Assembly: GCA_973895155.1 (NCBI GenBank)
Contig: OZ316899.1
Span: 11,872,834-11,936,833 of the forward strand
Reading direction: 5' to 3'
DNA from: Marsupella aquatica
Lineage: Eukaryota; Plantae; Marchantiophyta
DNA length: 64,000 nt
Part shown: piece by piece, positions 52,701 to 64,000 of the stretch
Layout: the number at the start of each line of letters is the position of its first letter
Numbering within the stretch: the stretch's first letter is position 1
The notes under the pieces: generated by a model
The model's database searches: none
What the model was told of the DNA's origin: nothing
The model's input: only the letters and a program-made list of their open reading frames with translations
Translations under genes and position numbers: made by a program

Positions 52701-55220
52701 CATTTATCCTTACAATTACCGCCAATTATACAAGATGACAATGAAGAAATATCCATCCACTATATGCATACTGGACATTTATGGCATCGAAATTTAACTG
52801 AACCAGATGAGCATTTTGCTTTTCTTATATCCCAGGATATAACTAAAGATTTACCAGAACCCCGGACAATTAAAGAAGCACAACAACGACCAGACTGGCC
52901 CAAATGGAAATCTGCTATTAACTCCGAACTTGATTCTCTGATATCTCGCCAAGTTTTTGGAGAACTCCGAATCGTCCCTGCTGCACAACACCTAACTGGG
53001 TATAGGATTATATTGATACGCAAACATAATGCCGCAGGTGAAGTAATCCGCTATAAAGCCAGACTCGTGGCTAGAGGCTACACGCAAATATATGGCAAAG
53101 ATTACGACCTTACTCATTCACCGGTCATGGACTCCATTACCTACCGATATCTGATTGCTTTTACCCTCACACATCAAATTCGTATGCATCTTATGGACGT
53201 GGTAACTGCTTACCTTTATGGTATACTTGATACTGACATACAAATGCAAGCTCCACCTGAATTAATTCAGAGGGTAATTTTCCACATTAAGGGGGAGCAT
53301 ACAACCTCCCCAACCCCGGACCTAAAGTCGGGTATTGATAAGATTGTCCCTACACAGAACTTTAAGGACCATCTCATTCACTCAGGCCAGATGATACCTA
53401 CTGAAATACATGACTCATCAGCGATCCAAAATAAAAAGGCCCAGCAAATTGCTAGTGGTGAACAGTCAGCGGATTCACCATTGAATTATACTGACTTACT
53501 CGCTGAGGTAAATCCTGTTCACCACAGAATCAATAAAGCCAAGAAATCAGAGAAAGCATTTGCTATACAGGTTCTTAGGTCACTCTATGGTTTAAAGTAG
53601 AGTGGCCGCATCTGGTATAAACGTTTCCGTGCAGAGATGCTTGCACTTGGTTTTGTGAATGAGGACATTGCCCCTTGCCTTTTTATCAAAAGACATGGCA
53701 CTGAATTTATAATCATAGCCATATACGTCGACGATATTAACCTAATGGGTACTAAACTCATTATGGATCAAACCATTACCACACTTAAGAGCATATTCGA
53801 AATGAAGGATATTGGTCAACCCCTATTCTGTATTGGCATTCAATTTGAACATTTATCCAGCGGTATTCTTATTCATCAATCTACATATACCAGAAAACTA
53901 TTAAAACAATTCAACATGGACAAAAGCTATCCAGTCACGACACCTATGGAAATTCGATCTTCAGACACATCCAGAGATCTGTATAAGCGCAGGACCGAAC
54001 ACGAACCAATCTTAGGCCCAGAGAAACCTTACCTCTCTGCTATAGGAGCCTTGATGTACCTGGCGAATCAAACTCGCCCAGACATCTCTTTCGCTGTCCA
54101 CTTGCTTGCTCGACACAGCTCCCAACCGACTATTAGACATTGGAATGGCATTAAGAGGATACTGCGCTACCTTCAAGGTACAATCGATACTGGCCTCTAT
54201 TACCCTAAAGATGTGCCTAATGAATTGATTGGTTACGCAGATGCAGGTTACCTTACAGACCCCGATGATGCGAAATCCCAGACGGGATATGTATTTCTAC
54301 AAGGACATACAGCCATATCATGGAAAAGTACCAAGCAAACTTTGACGACCACATCCTCCAACCATGCGGAAATCATAGCACTATACGAAGCTAGCCAAGA
54401 ATGCCTGTGGCTTCGACAGCTTATCAATCATATCCAGTCGTCTACAGGCCATGCAATTCTTACCAAGCCTACTATCATCTACGAGGATAACAAGCCTTGT
54501 GTTGATCAGATAGTTAAGGGCTTCATCAAGGGCGACCGAATCAAACATATTGCCCCCAAATTTTTCCACACGCATGAACAACACGGGGACCAAATCAACG
54601 TTCAATGGATACCTTCTAAAGATAATCGCGCTGACCTTTTTACAAAGCCCTTACCTCGCATTCTCCACGAAGCGCATTCGATTGGAATAGGACTCCGTAG
54701 ATTATCGGACTTCACTGCAATCTGACTTTCCCACCTCTTCCACGATACCTCCTCTGTTCTATGCATATTCTACTGAACGTATGTTCTCCATACTCGAACA
54801 TTTCGACACATCCTATCAAACACTCGTTTAGATTTAGCCATACATGATTACACTCCTTTCTTACTAGTTTTAACTCATTACATGTAAGGTAGTGACACTC
54901 TTTTTACCCCAGAAGAAAGCAGGGGGTTTTTAATGAGGTCATACCCCAATGAGTTTTTCCATTATACTCAGAACTAGACTTAAATTTATTTCCTAAATGG
55001 TTACTTTAAGAAACATAAAGTAACCAAGGGGGAGTGTTAGAATATATTTAACCCTTAGCCCATATGATACAAAGAGGTATGCAATACCTAGATATAAAGA
55101 GACACAAGACTAGGAAAGGGTAGTTACAACTACCCCAATGTACAACATATAATAAGCCACATTGGCTTAAGGGAATAATCAATCATCTTTGTTGGTGTAT
55201 ATACATTTCATAACTTAACA
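49703..55220 (+). mobile_element. Ty1/Copia, Bianca-like, element 3 (very young, near intact)
   Basis: TSD GTTAC (49698-49702, 55221-55225); identical 186-bp LTRs 49703-49888 and 55035-55220; PBS CGTTATCAGCAC 49889-49900; PPT 55026-55034. Confidence 0.97.
50049..54725 (+). pseudogene. Bianca-like gag-pol, complete except for one in-frame stop at 53598-53600
   Basis: 1217-aa ORF plus in-frame 362-aa ORF; LYGLK*SGRIWY where Q is expected; all domains present. Confidence 0.93.
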
Positions 55221-55343
55221 GTTACTACCTATTTTAGTGTCGTTATGCTAATTATTACGGACTACTATGTCCTTAGTGCGCGTGCTAAGCACGGATTAGA
55301 CCGGCTCACTCATTAACCGCCGTGTTGGCGGCGTCACACAAAC

Positions 55344-55493
55344 TCTACATTAGAGTTAGAAGGTTTTGTAGATTCAATTATGTTGGTAACTTGGATAACA
55401 TGAAGTCTACTACAGGCTATGTGTTTATGTTGGGTGGAGGTTGTATTAGTTGGAAGTCAACAACTCAATCGTGTGTTGCGTTGTCTACTACCA
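55344..55493 (+). pseudogene. Tnt1/Tork-like Copia pol, piece 3 (start of RNase H)
   Basis: LEGFVDS..YVGNLDNMKSTTGYVFMLGGGCISWKSTTQSCVALSTT, directly after the CAAAC TSD. Confidence 0.9.
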
Positions 55494-55812
55494 CAACTAC
55501 ATTATCAGGACTCTTTACATGTTACATGAAGATGTTAAGCCCAACGTCTCCTTGCCGCTAAAGAAAGGCGTCACACTCGACGTGAATGAGGGCACATTTT
55601 GTACAAAGTAACAAAGGTTATAGTTTACATCATCCTCTACGTCGTTACATATGTCTCAATATACTACGTTACCTATTAACGTCGTAAATAGAGTCATTAT
55701 TCTGGACGCAGATTGAACAGGAAAATCACCATATAACATCGTTTAAAATGACGTTAAGGTCATATTACATAGTTTGTGACGTCGTTAATGATGAGTTTGT
55801 CCAGGATGTATG

Positions 55813-58800
55813 TGTGATGCCTAGCCAGGAATCACTAGGCCAGTTTAAATGATAAAATAAGGAGTAAACCCTGGAAACACATTAGTGTAGTAGCAAAAAT
55901 ATGGAAAATATAAACAATTAAGGATGGCTATGGAACCCGAGCCAAGGCTGGAAGTAAAAACGCCAGGGAGGGAACACGATTAGGGTTAGGGCACGCTAAG
56001 TGCTGGCGGCTATAGGTAACTAACGGGAAGGAAGACCAGTCAGGGAGGGGTAAGGATTGATCGCAAGGAATGGTGGCTCATTTGCAAGCACGAACTAAGC
56101 AGACGATTGCGGGAGGCCAACTACTGTCTGCTGCTCAGGCAAGCACTCGGGTGGAAGCAGATACCGACAATCAACTCAAGAAGGGTATGAGCAACGTCAA
56201 TCAAGCTGCTCATTTTTGGGGATGCTTGTTAGAACAGGAAACTGAGTACATTGGGACCTATGAGGATGAAGAATCGGAGAGAGCCGCTCGAGAACGGTAG
56301 GAGCTCGCTCGACTATGGGAGCTGTAGAAGTCTGCCTTCTTAGGAGGAGAACTCATTACGGCTGAATTCTTGTGGACGCCTACTGCCGACAAACTCGACG
56401 ATCTTCTATTTTGTGAGAACAGAATAGTCGGCATCCGGGAGGCCATCAACCGCTGCAATGACATACATTGGGAGTTGAAAGGTAGCATGGAGGGGTGGAC
56501 AAAGGCAACCGTGATAGGAGAAACATCCACGGCAGCCGCTATGAAGAGGAAAGGGAACATCAATGAAGAGACCACTCCTATAAAGAGAACGAGGTCGGCG
56601 GCACCAAGGAAGCCAGCCGAGCAAGGGAGCAGGAGGCAGGAAGAAGCCAAAGAAGAGGAGGTCAACCCCATCAATGTCGTTCCAACAAGGGATGATACTT
56701 GGAAAGGCTGGGCGACGACCCTCCCCAAGGACGTGTAATTACACTTTGCACGTGAAGAGGATGCATGCTTTACGGCTATGCAGACTTGGAAGTACCAGGG
56801 CTTCATGGCCGGATCCGGCTTGGAAGCCTTCGTAAAGTTACCATGGCTGAAGCCGGAGGTACCGGATTCAGACTTATTAGAATTTGTGGGATCTTGGGAG
56901 CCCGAGACCAATTCCACAAGGGTGTATGGGAAAGAATTTTGTCTCACTCCCCGAGTGATTGCCAAAGTGTTTGGCTTGCTGACGGGCAATAAGACCAAAG
57001 TAGATACCCGAAAGACCTTGCCAGACAAGGAGTTCCGATCGTTCCCAGGGCCATCAACGAAGAATGGCTTCTTTTGGAACACCTGCACCAACCCGCACAT
57101 AGGAGAGATAATCGATTTCTTGCGGGTAACCATGCACTGCAACTTGCCGAGGCCAGAGATCGGCAAGGCACAGGTTTACTTGGCGGAGAGGCCAGGCCCT
57201 AGTCGGGACTACAAGGGATACCTCCTCACCTAATTGAAGAAAATCTTGAAGGAGGAACAGCAGGTGATCGGCAAGGGAAGTGTGTCCCGGCTTGGCTATC
57301 ATATGCCGCTGTTGTGGCGGTATGCCCGAAGTCAAATATTTGCCCCGGTACTTCCCCTGCAGGCAAGAGCACCAGAGGAGGTTCCCAAACCGAGGCCGGC
57401 AACAGAGAAACCGACCCAGCCCGACAGTCCTACAATCGAGCAGGTGTTTAGGTCGAGGAAGGAGGACTTGCCGATGCAGCAACCAGGCATGCAGAATCTG
57501 CTGAAATTGCTGGACAAGGAAAGGAGAACGACAATGGCAACGGGACCGGTACAAAATACTGCTCCCGAAGTCGGCCTAAGCCAACTTATCAGGGAAAACC
57601 CCTTTACCAGGGTCAAGGAGAGAAGGAGGCCGGAACAGGAGCCGGGAGTCCAAATGTATGTAGGAGCCTCAAGTCCTGAAGCCGAGGAAAAGCAGCCTGA
57701 AGCTCCTGGTCGCAACAGGGAGAAGAAGATATCAACGTGGAAGCCGGAGGAACCAGGACCCGTGATGTGTGAGGCTGTGTTCACGGCAAAACCAGGAGAG
57801 CATGCAGCAGGAGGAGCCGGTAGTCCAAGCCGCAGAGGAGGCAGTAGAAGGCTACAAACATGATGACTCCGGCTACGGGTCGGACCATCATGTTCCAGGA
57901 GTAAGGACCTGTGGCAGGTTCATCCCCACTCTTCCAGGAGTAGTTCGAGGGGACCCCACCCAGCAGAGCAGACCTGAGTCTCCCCCACCAGATATCGCTC
58001 CCCCGAGCTTTGACGACATAAAACAGATGGCACAAGAGTTTCAGGAGCGACTCAGGGAGGAAGAGAAGGCAGCCCTGGCTAGGGAGAAAGATTTACCAGG
58101 GGGAGAATGGCCAGAGCACATCAAGCGGCTTGTAGAAAAACAAAGCAGCCCTCCAGCCACGATAGAAGAAATCTGCAAGGCGGCTTGGGAACAAAGGCCG
58201 CAATGGTTGATGCCGATGACTTCTACTCACTCCGCCTATGCTAAAGAAAGAGCCATGGAGTATGGGGAGATGTGTGGGGAACTTGCGCTCAACATCTTTG
58301 GGGAGGAGTTGGAGCAAGGACCCTTTTTCCAGAGGGAGATGTTGGAGAAGCGTCGATTAGAAGAAGTGGTGGCTTTGGAGAGAAGCAAGAAGGACGAGGT
58401 CATCCGTTGGCTTAGGGCAAGGGAAGCTGAGGTAGAAGACCTGAAGGCGGCCAAGAAAGCCCAAGATGAGCTACGGATTAAGCGGCATGAGCTAAACATC
58501 ATGCAAGGGCAATTGGATACCGTGCAGTCTGATAATCAGATTATCAAGGATAAACTGACTCGGACCCAAGGAGAGTTGGCCGATGCAATCAAGGAGAAGG
58601 AGAAGTGGAAGCGAGATCGAGCTAAGAGACACAGAGGAGGCCCACATAGCAGCCAACAACCGGGCCATGGCAGAGACCCAAAGAAGGGAGAGGGTGTTGA
58701 AGGGGGAGCTCGAGGATATCCGCGGAGCCCTTGAGCAGAAGGAGGCCGAGTTAGGGAAATTCTATCAGGTAATCATTGTGCTACGACAGGAGCTTGCATC

Positions 58801-60527
58801 CATGACGGCCAGCTTCAAGGCCGACCTCCATGAGAAAGACGACCAGCTCAACCAGACTTATGCCAAGATGAATAAAATGGAGTCTGAGGTTGTAACAGAG
58901 CTCGACAACGAGCTAAGAGCAACCCAGGAAGAGAGGGCTACCTTAAAAAAGAAGCTAGAGGAAGCCCAGAGAGAGTTGGAGGAAGCCCAAAAGGAGCGGG
59001 AGGAGGCGTGCAAGGACCTGGACAAATTGCAGGATGAGTTGGAGGAAAGCACGCGGAAGATGGAGAATTTACATCGGCGAGCCGACAACCAAACGGAGTG
59101 GCTAAAGAAACAGGCCGCAGTATTTAAGTGCTTGGCTTCCTCAAGTCCAACTCCAATAGGGGCAACCAAGTTGCCAGGAGTAGTACTGGCCGAAGGACAA
59201 GCCGAGACACTCGCACCGGTGCCGGAGGTAAGTGGCAAGGGGAAGGGACCAGCTGCCAAAACAAGGAAGAAGAAAAAGCAAAAACCTATTGGGTCGGGGA
59301 GTAACACGGCTTCTCAAGCCATCGTGATCAAGGAGGTAAACCCGACACCAACCTCAGGCAGGGTCACGGCAGAGGATCCAACTGTCCTACAAGGCGAGGT
59401 GGCAAGGGCGAAGCCGAAATGCTCAGTGATGAGGCCGGTGTACCGAATCCACCACTGGAACAGGCCGGGGAAGCTGTAACCATATCGGAGGCCGAAGCAG
59501 AGGGTGGACCCAGTCAGGCCAATGGAGTGTTAACTCGGTCCGGAGCAGGTAATCTGTCAGAGGACGAACCTACGGTAGTGGCCACGGAGGAAGTGTTGGG
59601 GGCGTCCATTGAGGATCAGCCACCACTACCATGACGGTGGTGGAGGGCCGCGCCTTTTAAGGAGGACGGATGTGGAGGGAGGAGGCGTGAGTGGGCAGGG
59701 CGGGCTCAGATCTCCAAGTTTAGAATTAGGATCAGGATCGGGAGGCGGCCTTGACACTTAGCTTAGTTGGATTGCGGATCCACTGGTAAGAGCAACACTT
59801 GTGCTCCTGCCTCGTTGTACATAGGTAGATTACGGTCAGGTTAGATTAGGCTTACGTACGCTGCAAGGAATTGGGCGGATCCACTGCCTGGATAAGTACC
59901 TGGGCAGCGGGGGGGTTCAGGGCCTTCTTCCTTAGCAAGTTTTTAGTGCACCAGCAGGGCTGGGATCAAGTAGTTAAAGAAGCTCTCGATTAGTTATGCT
60001 GTGACCCGTGTGTATATTCATGTTTCCTCATACCTAAGAGATGAATAGAGTTGGCCTCACGGCTTAGTTCGCAAATCTTGTGTCTGAGAAGTACTGTTTG
60101 TATGGCAAGTGCATGGTATAACTACAGAAGGAGTCATTTTGCTATTTGTGTGTCGCATTAACTTGTTTGAAGATTTCCCACATCAATCAAGAAGGGAGTA
60201 AGCAAGGTAGTAAGAGTTGGATGTGTCGAGCTGAGAGAGGTCTTAGCGGCTTACCCAAGCCAGTTGGGGATCATTCCGGCGGCGGAATCCAAACATACCT
60301 AAAGGGAGACTAGGAGAGGAGAACAATGGAAGGCATAGAAGAGGCCGGCTACACATCTCATGACCCGATGAAGGATCTGTCCAGTATATGTGTGTAAAAT
60401 GTTAGTCAAAGTTAGCAGCGTCCCATGCTGCTAAGCCGCAAAACCGGCCTCGCCAAGAGCAAAACCTATGGGAATCGGCTTGAGAAGGGGGTTTTCTTGG
60501 GTTCAGGGAGCCATGGGACGCACCACA
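55813..60527 (+). mobile_element. 4.7-kb ORF-carrying TG...CA unit (solo-LTR-like)
   Basis: Inverted termini TGTGATGC / GCACCACA; flanks GTATG and ATATG (4/5 TSD); no gag/pol; internal PPT-like AAGGAGGACGGA followed by TGTGG at 59659-59675. Confidence 0.7.
56161..59634 (+). pseudogene. Accessory ORF(s): plant-transposon-like domain, low-complexity linker, long coiled coil
   Basis: Consecutive frames 56370-56738, 56778-57233 (VYGKEFCLTPRVIAKVFGL), 57234-57863, 57769-58734, 58583-59479 and 59419-59634. Confidence 0.6.
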
Positions 60528-61324
60528 ATATGAGTAGTAAGTCGTCTAAGGCTTGGTATAGATGGTGTTAACGAGAACGTTTGAAAATAGTACCAAGAAT
60601 GGAGAGACGTGAATGGAGTGCCGTTTAGGGTAAACATTAATCTTGTATGTCACATCCTTCCAGGCTACCTTAGTTGGGTGGGCTTTAGGTTTAGGTTCAT
60701 ATACACACGGAATACACATAAAATAGACATATGAAGTCGGGAATGCAACTATAAATGGGTGGCGTCAAAATTCTTTGCCAAAAATGTACAACATGCAGGT
60801 GGATGTCCACCTAGTCATGCATGGTATACCCTAATGCCACTGAGAGCGGCTCCTATCACGTCCAGGCTTGCGAACAGAAAAACCAGGCGGTGCCTCCGAC
60901 TGTTTGCCTCGGGGCCGCAACTCGTACCAAAGTGGATCCTCCTCTGAACTACTGCTACCAGACACCAACTCTGTAGCTCCCTTGTCTCTCCTCCTGGGGA
61001 CTACATCTCTAGTGCCACTAGGTCCCCTAGTGGCATCCCTAACCTAACTATGTAACTTACCACTGGGTGGTCCTCCGGGACAGAGTCCAGCTTAGCCCAT
61101 AGGGCCGCCAAGCCATAGCATTTTGAATAGAGCCGCTCTTGCTCACTTGGCTTGGCGTTGGCTCCAAACTTGCGTTTTTGTAGGAAATTGAAGAACGTCG
61201 TCACCACTGTCATAAGTTACAGAGTTCCAAACAACATTTTTGACTTAACATCGTCCAAATCAAGGTTTAGGGTTTAGTTGCCATATTAATGATGTACGAA
61301 TGACATTAATTAAATGTAACATCG

Positions 61325-62008
61325 TTAGAGACGTCGTAAGGTAGGAAGAACGTAGGATGGGGAGACGTAAATTGGATAATGTATGACGTTAGAGGAGAAA
61401 AACGATGTTAATTCAGTGTTCTCACCGCAGCGGCCGAAGCATGAACAAGTTGTGCTTTGAAGAGGTGGGGGACTTACATAGGTTGCAAGGAAGCCTCGCC
61501 ATCCTCCCTGGCTCCAGAAGTTGGTCACACGCAGGCGGCCATTTGATTTGTGGGCTGCAGCAGCTTTGTCCCCCATGTGCACTCGCTTGCCTACTGGGGT
61601 GTCAGGTGCTGCTTGCAACTCAGCCATGATCAACTTGAAGTCAGCCTCGCTCATTCCTTCTAGTTTCAGGTATTGCTCTGTGCTTGGGCATCTCATTTTT
61701 TGAACCTTGTTTCTCCATCTAAACCTCCGATCTGCAAGGTAGCCTACGATCTTTTGTTTGATGTGCTTGTAGTCTATTTCACGGCCGTTCCTAAACCCAA
61801 CCTGCACATCATTCAGGAGGAGCTGAAACTTCTTTGGGTTCTGCGCGAGATCCTTCCAAGTTGTCCAACCAAGATAGTGCTTGGCACAACATGTCTGCAC
61901 TCGATTTGTGAGAGCCTTCTCATCCAGAACATCCGGCCTAGCATCAAACGCATCCAAGGTGATGGTTGGGAGTTTATCTCGACTCACAGCAGTAGTTACA
62001 GGTTGCAT
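61325..62008 (-). pseudogene. Ptta/En/Spm (TnpA-like) accessory protein fragment
   Basis: WTTWKDL...F...I..YLADRRFRW...P...GGWRGF pattern resembles the plant Ptta/En/Spm family. Confidence 0.4.
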
Positions 62009-62425
62009 AGGAGAAGGTCGTCGCTTCTTATGGGAGTGACGTTCACGCTGAGGTGAGTACCTCTCTCTTTTGTCTGCCCTTGCATCTCCCTCTGTTCTTC
62101 TTCTTTTGTATCTGCTTCTACTATGTGTATCTACATCTCTATGCTCCTTCCCTTTCCCCTTTTGTCTTCTCTCATCAAGGCTGCTATTGCTGCTGTGTGG
62201 TCTATCACGATGCCTCCTCTGCCTGCGAGAGTCCCGATCCTAATCAGGCTGGAATCTGTCATGTGCTACCCTGACCACGCTCTTGATTGGGGTCCCACTA
62301 GGTGCCTGAGAATCAGGCTGCATTCCACTGAAGGCAGGATTGTCCCGCCCATCATTTGGTAGGGACAGGAAGGAGTTGAGAGCATCAATCGAAGGCCCCC
62401 AACCTCCCCCAAGAGCGTTGCATCT

Positions 62426-64000
62426 TGTCACGTCGTTAGCCTAGGCCTTAACCCAGCTTTGGGTTGGACAGGCACATCCTTTGTGAATATGAGGGTTCGG
62501 GCAGGGAGGGACGCACGGAATGGTCCTAATTCACGTAAACTAGCGCTAAGTGCGCTTACTGTTATGTACAGACACCTCCTAGGTATAGTTTGTGTTCCAC
62601 CGCCAAAACGTACCTTAGTCAACATGGGGTCAACCCTGGCTCACGGACTTCTAAGCCTTCGTGTTACCGCCTTCGATCCGGATCCGTTAGTACAAGAGCT
62701 CAACCCGGGCTCGCAAGCCCGTACCCGTATCCTGCACCCCGTGCACAGTTGGCATAACGTGTTTGGCCCGGCATTGATACTTGCACACGAGACTCATACA
62801 TGCATACATACATAACAGAAATCTCGATTTACACGAAGGAATTAAGGAGAAAGGATTTCATTCATTTATGATCATACACTTTACAATTGGTTGACCCAAC
62901 ACCTCCTGAACGATCGGGCCCAAGGCTGAGGAGTATACACTACAACAGAGCTCGGCTCCGCACTTGCCCAACAAGCTTAGTCGTATACCCTCCCCTTGGT
63001 ACTCCGATACTTCACCTAGTTTGGGACTCCCCGTGCATACTGCGAATGGCCAACTTCCGAGTCTAAAATCCCCCTCCCTAACCTCTACTAGGGGGGCCGC
63101 TAAATACTAAGGGTTGAGGACCGGCCTGGCCTCGTGCCCAAATCTACGCTAACTTATATCCCTACTAAGCTGGTGCCTGCTTGTCCTATTAGTCTAACCT
63201 ATTCTACATAGGCTGGCTAATGTGTCAGCGCCGCTATCTTCTGGCCGGCACTTGTCCTACTAGCCTATTTTAGCTACTCCTAAGTCTATTCTAAGCCTAA
63301 CCCTCTGCTAATGTCTGGTGCGCTTGCCAGAGCCGTCCAAGTGGGAGCGGCCATCCCGCTGCCTACAGAGTCTGTCGTTGTCCGCCTTGAGGAGCTGGAC
63401 TTGGTCCAACAGAGATTTGTTTTCTCGCTTCGCCTCGTCCGTCTCCTCAGCTGCCTCTTGGCATGCCTCTTCCAGTTGCTGGGCGTTGCTTGTCAGCTTG
63501 TCCACCACCTGGGTCTGTTTCTTGGCTTTGGCTTGAAGCCGTGCCACTTTGGCCTGTAGGGTGGCAATCTCCGCAGTGTCACATTGGGCTCGCTCTTCGG
63601 CCTCCTCTAGGTCTTTATGCCAAATGATAGTTTGGTTCTTCAAATTGTCAACCTGAGTCCGGAGCGTGCAATCTCGGCCTCCTTCCCGGCTTTGGCTTGT
63701 TTGGCCAAGGCGGTAAGGGCATGCACATTTGCTAACAACTCATCAACGACTACAACCTTGGGTCGTAGTTGTAGAAGCTCAGCCTCTTGAGCTGCAACTT
63801 CATCCTTTAGGTACACGGATTCAACCTGGTACCGCTCTATCCGCTGAAGGGCCTCCAACTAAGCCTGACCTGCTTTTACTGCGGTAACCAACTCTTGATT
63901 GAAGAAGTAGGCTACCTTCCAAGCCATGAACTCCCCGGTATCCCGAGCTATCTGTTGGGAGAAATCTCCCAAAAGCCCATTTAGAAATATACCCGGTACG
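62426..64000 (-). mobile_element. Second, diverged member of the 27389-55338 family (runs out of the window)
   Basis: Starts TGTCACG; 62426-63310 aligns with 27389-28290; ORFs 63308-63858 match 46745-47290 (QQLEEACQEA.EETD.AKREN.SLLDQVQLLK). Confidence 0.85.

Larger units (their letters stand above)
27389..55338 (-). mobile_element. ~4-kb ORF-carrying TG...CA unit (solo-LTR-like) hosting two later insertions; own sequence 27389-28292, 46750-49702, 55226-55338
   Basis: TSD CAAAC (27384-27388, 55339-55343); inverted termini TGTCACGCC / GGCGTCACA; no gag/pol and no terminal direct repeat; homologous to 62426-64000. Confidence 0.85.
55494..62425 (-). mobile_element. Probable CACTA-derived relic (55494-55812 and 60528-62425)
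   Basis: Frequent ACGT/GACGTT short repeats in both segments and a Ptta/TnpA-like ORF; no exact CACTA terminus found. Confidence 0.4.

Noticed and set aside
53598-53600. Programmed stop-codon readthrough
   Set aside because: The stop is mid-RT at a conserved Gln; elements 1 and 2 have Gln codons there.

Overview
Plant heterochromatin-type window made entirely of nested transposable elements; I found no host gene, RNA gene or CRISPR array. The repertoire suggests a non-seed land plant (inference). The backbone is an old Tnt1/Tork-like Copia whose pol is split into three pieces (14790-17200, 27246-27388, 55344-55493). Inserted into or beside it are a Sola-like DNA transposon, a 10-kb TIR-bounded Mutator-like element, ORF-carrying TG...CA units that look like giant solo LTRs, an Athila-like Gypsy, three Bianca-like Copia elements and two CACTA relics. 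The most interesting object is the Mutator-like element (17201-27245). Divergent from its GCM/MULE/SWIM transposase it carries a spliced gene with a ParB/Srx-like domain (DGNHR) fused to a beta-class N4/N6 amino-methyltransferase-like domain. Its non-coding DNA, including an intron of each gene, carries repeated copies of the palindrome GCTAGCGA-NN-TCGCTAGC. This is a candidate transposon-encoded protein-plus-binding-site epigenetic system, although this copy is pseudogenised. All domain calls come from motifs recognised by eye, not database searches.
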